From NCBI GenBank assembly GCA_002269645.1, contig NIVC01001463.1:220863-284862 (forward strand): 64,000 nucleotides of DNA, written 5' to 3'. The notes beneath the pieces were generated by a model, which did not search any database, was not told the DNA's origin, and saw only the letters and a program-made list of their open reading frames with translations. Every line of letters begins with the position of its first letter. The first letter of the stretch is position 1. The translations under genes were made by a program, and so were the position numbers. The DNA is from Macrostomum lignano. Lineage: Eukaryota. Positions 40,591 to 64,000 of this stretch are shown in pieces.

Positions 40591-40759
40591 CCCTCATTCA
40601 GCGCCGTTTATAAGTTTGATCTGGGAATAGTTTTGTGTAAGTTGGCTTCTTTTTGTTTGTGTCTTTTGCTCTTTGCTAAGTAGCCATTTATTGTTAATAT
40701 TTTTGTGAGCCTCCACTGATGGGAATCTCTTTCAACTTCCTCTGTTTCCTTGCATCCGT

Positions 40760-41115
40760 GTGTCTCTGTGTCTTACTCTGCGTGAATCTCCTTCTCGCTC
40801 TGTGTCTCTCTCCCTATGTCTCCTTCTTTGTGTCTCCCTCTCTGTCTCCCTCCATTTGTGTCTCTCTGTGTCTCTTTCTGTGTCTCTCTCTCTGTCTCCC
40901 TCTCTGTCTCTCTCTGTCTCCTTCTCCCTCCCTTTGTGTCTCTCTGTGTGTCTCCCTCCCTCTGTGTCTCCCTCTCTGTGTCTCTCTCCGTTTGTGTCTC
41001 TCTGTGTCTCCCTCCCTTTGTGTCTCTCTCTGTATCTCTCTCCCTCATCTCTCTGTATGTCTCCCCTTCGTGTCTCCCTCCCTTTATGTGTGTCTCTCTC
41101 TCTTTGTCTCCCTCC
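40760..41115. repeat. CT/GT-rich low-complexity tract
   Basis: Degenerate TCTCTCTGTG repeats. Confidence 0.85.
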
Positions 41116-42009
41116 AACGAGTCTCCTATGATTTCCTTCAGAAGTTCATGTTTTGCCTTCCCTGTCTCCGATATCTCTTTGGCTCCCGACCAGCTGAGGC
41201 TTGACAAATACGAAGTACCGAGAGTGACTGCAGGAATCTCAGAGCCCCAGCCAACATTCGAAGATGAGGCGCGCTGACCTGTGTGTAACCAATTTCGGTT
41301 GCGAGTACCTGTTCAATCGGGCGGAAAAACGCTATTGGAGAAGAGTTCAGAAACAAAAAAGACAGGAAAGAAATTAATTCCAGCCTTGTGGATAATTTGA
41401 TTGGCAACTAGTGCAGGTCTGTGACTATATTACAGCTATTATTATACTAAATATGAAAGCATTTCGCAGGTTTAAATTTGAACTTATCTTCTGCTGGTTG
41501 GTTTTTTTCAGAAATTCAATAAACACTTCATTTTCTCCTGGCCAATGCGTGATAAAAAATAATCCAGTAAAAACTGCAAAAAAAGTCTGCGTTTAAAAAT
41601 ACGTCAATTCTGCCAAGGTCAGAGAGAACGGTGTGATCCTGTTCTGTGTACACATCTCACTCAATCAGCTGACTAATTAAAGATTAAGATTAGCTGAGTA
41701 ATCGCACGAGTAATTGGGTCTGCAATCCAAGAGTATGAAAGGGCACGCACAGAAATAAATTCAATTAGTTCAAGTTCATCCAATATATCAATCTCGTGTT
41801 GAAATAGCTGCATTTGCATAACATGCATGTTCAGTTCAAATTTTTACATGCAATATTGTGGGACTAGAGCGATGCACAATCTTTGTCTGTAGTCAATGCA
41901 TTATACTATTTATATATAGAAAATGACAGTTGGATTGTGATTAATTGATGTTTGTACATCCGTGATTTATGATATAGCAATGCCTTCATCGCATAATATC
42001 CGAGGACAC

Positions 42010-42985
42010 AGTGTGTGAACTTGAAGCACCCCGGGTTATAGAGTGGATGAGGACCCAGTGTGTGAACTTGAAGCACCCCGGGTTATAGAGTGCCTGCAGG
42101 ACCCAGTGGGTGAACTTGAAGCACCCCGGGTTATAGAGTGCCTGCAGGACCCAGTGGGTGAACTTGAAGCACCCCGGGTTATAGAGTGGCTGCAGGACCC
42201 AGTGTGTGAACTTGAAGCACCCCGGGTCAGAGAGTGCCTGCAGGACCCAGTGTGTGAACTTGAAGCACCCCGGATTATAGAGTGGCTGAGGACCCAGTGT
42301 GTGAACTTGAAACACCCCGGGTTATAGAGTGGCTGCAGGACCCAGTGTGTGAACTTGAAGCACCCCGGGTTATAGAGTGGCTGAGGACCCAGTGTGTGAA
42401 CTTGAAGCACCCCGGGTTATAGAGTGGCTGCAGGACCCAGTGGGTGAACTTGAAGCACCCCGGGTTATAGAGTGGCTGCAGGACCCAGTGTGTGAACTTG
42501 AAGCACCCCGGGTCAGAGAGTGCCTGCAGGACCCAGTGTGTGAACTTGAAGCACCCCGGGTCAGAGAGTGCCTGCAGGACCCAGTGTGTGAACTTGAAGC
42601 ACCCCGGGTTATAGAGTGGCTGCAGGACCCAGTGTGTGAACTTGAAGCACCCCGGGTCAGAGAGTGCCTGCAGGACCCAGTGGGTGAACTTGAAGCACTC
42701 CGGGTTATAGAGTGCCTGCAGGACCCAGTGGGTGAACTTGAAGCACCCCGGGTTATAGAGTGGCTGCAGGACCCAGTGTGTGAACTTGAAACACCCCGGG
42801 TCTGCAGGACCCAGTGTGTGAACTTGAAGCACCCCGGGTCATAGAGTGGCTGCAGGACCCAGTGTGTGAACTTGAAACACCCCGGGTCTGCAGGACCCAG
42901 TGTGTGAACTTGAAGCACCCCGCGTCATAGAGTGGCTGCAGGACCCAGTGTGTGAACTTGAAGCACCCAAGGTTATAAAGCAGCT
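42010..42985. repeat. 48-bp minisatellite
   Basis: Unit GAACTTGAAGCACCCCGGGTTATAGAGTGGCTGCAGGACCCAGTGTGT, with shorter variants. Confidence 0.95.
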
Positions 42986-43519
42986 GAGGACCCTGTGTCT
43001 GAGAACCTAAAAACATAGTGTACTACAGCCTTTGGGCGGACATACAATAGTTAAGGGAAAGATAATCGACACTAAGAGCATAAAGAACTTTTTGTGGCAA
43101 ATCAAGTGAAGTCGAAAAAAGCAAAACAATGGCTTAAATCAAAATAGATGCTGGCAATATTTTATCTACAGCTTTTGAGAAGTTCAATAGAATTGCAGTA
43201 AAAGTTCATTGTCAAAGGGCTCTGACTGAACTGGCTGCAGCGGCGCATGGTTGCAATGGGACGTGAGCATGGACATCTAGAGAGTGAAGACTGGGCTGGT
43301 CTCCTGTGTTCAAGTGACAGCTGAACAGCGAACAGTTTAATGATCTAATTGCTTAGACGATGGCAGAAAGGTGAGCTTCAATGGAAAGACGCAGACAGGG
43401 GAATAAAACTTGAAGCAGATTTAGCTCGTACGAGCGTAGTAAGCAAAAAGCGGCAAGCGAAAGTAACAAGCAAGACTTTCAAAATACGCAAGAAAAAGAG
43501 ACACGGACAGTAAGAAGAC

Positions 43520-44560
43520 GAGGGGAATGAGGAGACACGGAACAGGTAAGAAGACGTTGGGAATAAGGACACACGGAACAGGTAAGAAGACGTTGGGAAT
43601 AAGGACGCACGGAACAGGTAAAAAGACGTTGGGAATAAGGACACACGGAACAGGTAAGAAGACGAGAGGAATAAAGAGACAGAACAGGTAAGAGGACGTG
43701 AGGAATAAAGAGACACGGAACAGGTAAGAGGACGTGAGGAATAAAGAGACACGGAACAAGTAAGAAGACGTTGGGAATAAGGACACACGGAACAGGTAAA
43801 AAGATGTTGGGAATAAGGACACACGGAACAGGTAAAAAGACGTTGGGAATAAGGACACACGGAACAGGTAAAAAGACGTTGGGAATAAGGACACACGGAA
43901 CAGGTAAAAAGACGTTGGGAATAAGGACACACGGAACAGGTAAAAAGACGTTGGGAATAAGGACACACGGAACAGGTAAGAAGACGTTGGGAATAAGGAC
44001 ACACGGAACAGGTAAAAAGACGTTGGGAATAAGGACACACGGAACAGGTAAAAAGACGTTGGGAATGAGGAGACACGGAACAGGTAAGAAGACGTTGGGA
44101 ATAAGGACACACGGAACAGGTAAAAAGACGTTGGGAATAAGGACACACGGAACAGGTAAAAAGACGTTGGGAATAAGGACACACGGAACAGGTAAGAAGA
44201 CGTTGGGAATAAGGACAGGTAAGAAGACGTTGGGAATAAGGACAGGTAAGAAGATGTTGGGAATAAGGACAGGTAAGAAGACGTTGGGAATAAGGACAGG
44301 CAAGAAGACGTTGGGAATAAGGACACACGGAACAGGTAAAAAGACGTTGGGAATAAGGACACACGGAACAGGTAAGAAGACGTTGGGAATAAGGACACAC
44401 GGAACAGGTAAGAAGACGTTGGGAATAAGGACAGGTAAGAAGACGTTGGGAATAAGGACAGGTAAGAAGACGTTGGGAATAAGGACAGGCAAGAAGACGT
44501 TGGGAATAAGGACAGGCAAGAAGACGTTGGGAATAAGGACACATGGAACAGGTAAGAAGG
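43520..44560. repeat. 36/27-bp minisatellite
   Basis: Unit GACGTTGGGAATAAGGACACACGGAACAGGTAAGAA; a 9-bp shorter variant occurs in blocks. Confidence 0.95.
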
Positions 44561-44904
44561 AACGGACAGGTTACAGCGTACACTGTAGCAGCCAGGTAAA
44601 AAATGATCGAAGCTGCACACAGACAATAGAAAAAAGCTGGACAATTAGACACGAGTAGCAAGACTCGTACAAAGATAGGGGGGATTTCAGAAACAACAAG
44701 CAGAGAAATATGAAATAGGTGCATACAAAAACCATGAGACTGGATAGGCGGGTGCACTCTTCCACTACGGGCATATGAACAGATGACTAGACAAACAGTT
44801 TTTAAAGGACATATCGATAGTTGCAGAGACTCAGAGATGCTTAGGACAGACTGGCATGAGCACAGCATGAGGCAGCCAGCCCAGCGGAAGATTCAGTCGG
44901 GCTG

Positions 44905-60024
<15,120 letters not shown>

Positions 60025-60059
60025 AGCTTCTAAGATTGAAACAAATCCCTACTGTCCCT

Positions 60060-60995
60060 CCCGTTTGTTTAATCAACCACCCGCTTCAATCTCTGCCCCT
60101 CTCGTTCGTTTAATCAACCACCCGCAATGCTCACTCGTTCCTTTAATCAACCACCCGCCTCAATCTCTGTCCCTATCGTTCGTTTTATCATCCACCCCGC
60201 CTCAATCTCTGTCCCTATCGTTCGTTTTATCATCCACCCCGCCTCAATCTCTGTCCCTGTCATTCGCTTTATCATCCACCCGCCTCAATCTCTGTCCCTA
60301 TCGTTCGTTTTATCATCCACCCGCCTCAATCTCTGTCCCTGTCATTCGCTTTATCATCCACCCCGCCTCAATCTCTGTCACTATCGTTCGTTTTATCATC
60401 CACCCCGCCTCAATCTCTGTCCCTATCGTTCGTTTTATCATCCACCCGCCTCAATCTCTGTCCCTGTCATTCGCTTTATCATCCACCCCGCCTCAATCTC
60501 TGTCACTATCGTTCGTTTTATCATCCACCCGCCTCAATCTCTGTCCCTATCGTTCGTTTTATCATCCACCCGCCTCAATCTCTGTCCCTATCATTCGTTT
60601 TATCATCCACCCGCCTCAATCTCTGTCCCTATCGTTCGTTTTATCATCCACCCGCCTCAATCTCTGTCCCTATCGTTCGTTTTATCATCCACCCGCCTCA
60701 ATCTCTGTCCCTGTCATTCGCTTTATCATCCACCCCGCCTCAATCTCTGTCACTATCGTTCGTTTTATCATCCACCCCGCCTCAATCTCTGTCCCTATCG
60801 TTCGTTTTATCATCCACCCGCCTCAATCTCTGTCCCTGTCATTCGCTTTATCATCCACCCCGCCTCAATCTCTGTCACTATCGTTCGTTTTATCATCCAC
60901 CCGCCTCAATCTCTGTCCCTATCGTTCGTTTTATCATCCACCCCGCCTCAATCTCTGTCCCTATCATTCGTTTTATCATCCACCCGCCTCAATCC
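60060..60995. repeat. 41/42-bp minisatellite
   Basis: Unit TCAATCTCTGTCCCTATCGTTCGTTTTATCATCCACCCGCC. Confidence 0.95.
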
Positions 60996-62711
60996 CTCTC
61001 GTCACTCTTATTGGTTTAATCATACAATCACCCTTAATTAAAATTATTGAGCTATGTGTTCAATTTCATTTCTAGTTTCAACTATTCCATTTTCAAATAA
61101 ACAACTGTGTAATCAATTGCACTAGTGCATTTCAGTATCTATTCAAACTGTAAAAAGACTTCTGTCTTTTCATCAGACTTTCAGCCAAGCTTGGGATTAA
61201 GTCCAAAACTTTGCACGCCAATAGACACATTGAGGCGGTCTTGTTCGCCGTCAGCCTGACTGACTGCCGACTGCATTTGCAAACATTGGAAGGCTGACAC
61301 CCATTCTAAGAAAATTTATTCAAAGCTACATGCGAAGCATACTCTGCGACTTTGAATAGGCCAAGGAGGAAGCAAGCTTTAATGCAATTCAAATCATCAT
61401 TGTAGACTTTCAGCAGACAGCTGGGAAACCAATTTCAATGAAGAAAGTGATGCGAGTGCTCTCAGAACAGTTTCCTGCTCCGTTATTTTAGGCTAATGCA
61501 GGCTGAATTAATTCCGTATGTTCGGACTCGGTAGTTATCGGTAAGTATTGGGATTATATGAAAATCCAAAAAACTCATGTTCAAGCATCTTTGTGAGGTC
61601 ATCTGCTGGACTACAAGGATGCACGTACACCCTCTGGGCGGTCAGTGCACCGACGGTTTAAAAACTAAACCGTTTTTTAATCAAGGTTTCACCGGCTACC
61701 ATTGGCAGTCTCTTAAAAACTCCGTCTAGCGTAAAATCTAGGTGTCTGTTAGTATTTATTCTGGCTTGCAAATAGGTTTTAAATCGATTTTGCCTGCTTC
61801 GGTAGCTTTATTGCTAAAAAACTGATTTCTATCTCGCTGCTGAAGACTTTTTTAGCAATAATAATTCGTTGAGTCATTCATTGTTTCAAATTTTCAAGTT
61901 GTCAAGCTATACATTGTCATTGCACAGAACAAAATTTTTGTCAGGTAGAAATTGCCGGCTTCGGAAGGCGAGGAACATTTCAAAGACAGAGGAAAGTAAA
62001 AAGGCAGCTATAGAGAGGCATAGAAGTGGCCGTGATAGGCAGGTTTAGTGCGGGCAGTTGAGTCCCGGACACTCGGACAATGGCGGGCCCCCACTCCCTC
62101 CAGAGCAAACACAGGCGCATCAATACGGCCTGGCCTGAAAGCTGAGAAAGGCACGAACTGGCCGCAGATATTGCGGGTCACTCCGGCGGAATCCGCTGCA
62201 CCCCGAACGGGTTGCAGGTGCAGGTTTGCATTTCCACTGCCTCCCCGGGAGGCCAGCGGGGCGGGACTGAAGGCGGCGGGAATTTCTTCAATTGCCTCGG
62301 AGCCGACCGAGGCCTACGGAGAAGGCGCGCTCACTCATTTCCTGGAATCCGCCCGGTCACGAAACCGGATGCGGCCAAACCGCCGGTGCCCCGCCCACTT
62401 CGGCACCTCCAGGCGGTCCTCTGCTGCCGTCCCTTAATCTTCTTCTCTCACTCTTGCTTTCTAAATGAATTTTCCCGAAGGTAAAAATTAGTACTATTGT
62501 CTGCTGGCGTTTCCTGGCCTAATAGCTCATCTTTTGTCTTCCTTTGCTTCGTTCTGAGTAGCTACAGAGCCTGGCCTCTACTCGTAAGAACAATAGGCCC
62601 CTAAGGTTCTTTGTCTAATGATCGACTTTGTAAATCCATATAATCTTTTCACCAACTTTCGGTGACTTCCTGTGAAAGTCTAAGATGTTTTAAACAGTGT
62701 TAAACGTGCTA

Positions 62712-62850
62712 GGGGGTGGTAGCCTAGTGGTTAGAGCGTCCTACTCACGACTTGAAGGTCAGGGGTTCGATTCCGACACTTAATCAAGACGCTTAACTCT
62801 GCATTGCTTCAGTCCACACAGCTGTAAAATGGGTGCCAGCATTAGCTGAA
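62712..62850 (+). mobile_element. SINE family B, truncated copy
   Basis: GGTAGCCTAGTGGTTAGAGCG..GGTTCGATTCC then TTAACTCTGCATTGCTTCAGT..CAGCTGTAAAATGGGTGCCAGCATTAGCTG. Confidence 0.8.
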
Positions 62851-63282
62851 CCTATAAGTCACTTTTACTACAGCGCAAACTGTCACAGTTTAGAACAATG
62901 AGGACTGTCAGACCAAAGATTAAAGATAAACATTCTCGAAATTTAGAAACCCTAGTGCAGAGGATTAAGTATTCCTAGTTTTTACCTCGCTATATTAATT
63001 TATTCACCCCCAAAATGTTATATATTATAAAAACTTATATAATTTACATTGTGAATCGATCTCTTACAAAACACCTGCAATTTTCTCTAATGGCACAATT
63101 TTAATATTGAAACTTGACATATTATTCTATAGCTGACAGCGTTCCTGTGAAATACAGACAGGCTGCAACTTTTGGGCTGTTTGCGATTCGCAATATTCAC
63201 AGCTGTTTTGCCCAGGCAACAAATATTAATATCAGACAGCTAAAATTGTTGCAAGGTAGCCAGCCCGCTAAGCAACTTTGGC

Positions 63283-63296
63283 GTTACCATAGCAAC
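63283..63296. promoter_or_regulatory. Candidate X-box (RFX binding site)
   Basis: GTTACCATAGCAAC fits the GTNRCC-N(0-3)-RGYAAC consensus exactly. Confidence 0.45.
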
Positions 63297-63684
63297 CGAC
63301 TCCAGCCATGCGTTCATAAGCCCGCCAGACTCCGGCTAATTGGGGATTAGCCCGGGAGCAGGGAGAACCGAAATGAAAAATGCGCCGATTAGTGAAATCC
63401 CCACGATCTGGTGCCTTCCTGCAAAGCTCAAAATACATGAGCAGTCTGGGAACTTTTTGCCTGGCAACCGCGGCCTGCATTCTAACTCGGCACTTTGCCG
63501 ACAGAGAAATTCCATTTATTCCGAATTAGCGAGGCTGAGATGACCGAGAGATTGGAGACTATTCCGGCATGTTGGCAAATGAATGATCTGCTGTGCGACT
63601 GAGCCACTTCAGGCTGCGCAACAGATTTACATTTTTGCTTCAGAAACTGGTAAACTGGCTGCTTCTAGAGGCTGAGTTGGCATC

Positions 63685-64000
<316 letters not shown>

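Noticed and set aside
41986-43016. Repeat ORFs (QDPVCELEAPRVIEWL) and CRISPR-like appearance
   Set aside because: Head-to-tail units with no unique spacers and no cas genes in a eukaryotic context; the same applies to the arrays at 12.1 and 20.5 kb.
43378-44868. Long Cys/Ser-rich ORFs up to 496 aa
   Set aside because: They are translations of the 36/27-bp minisatellite, open in several frames; no coding signal.
62712-62785. tRNA gene
   Set aside because: No proper acceptor stem, and the head continues into a body shared with two other copies, so it is a SINE.

Overview
Eukaryotic (metazoan) genomic DNA: spliceosomal introns, AT-rich spacers, GC-rich exons and many mini/microsatellites. The style resembles a free-living flatworm such as Macrostomum, but this is inference. 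Host genes on the plus strand are an LC3C-type Atg8, an mL42/MRPL42-like gene, a divergent 5-exon vasa/DDX4-like helicase with five CCHC knuckles, and a type II membrane non-catalytic carboxylesterase-like gene. A 7-exon DEG/ENaC channel gene lies on the minus strand. The centre (21.9-34.1 kb) is a nested stack: a 20-bp minisatellite holds a decayed Ngaro-type tyrosine-recombinase (YR) retrotransposon, whose YR gene is split by a solo LTR, which in turn holds a second, intact Ngaro element with A1-B1-A2-B2 split direct repeats. A CMC/EnSpm-like DNA element sits in the same array. Top observation: both divergent Ngaro elements share hidden expression signals. A phase-1 splice donor in gag and a phase-1 acceptor at the YR start would make a SAP-coiled-coil-YR fusion integrase, and an A_AAA_AAC slippery heptamer at the gag stop would give Gag-Pol by -1 frameshifting. 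All assignments are from reading the sequence by eye; no searches were run.
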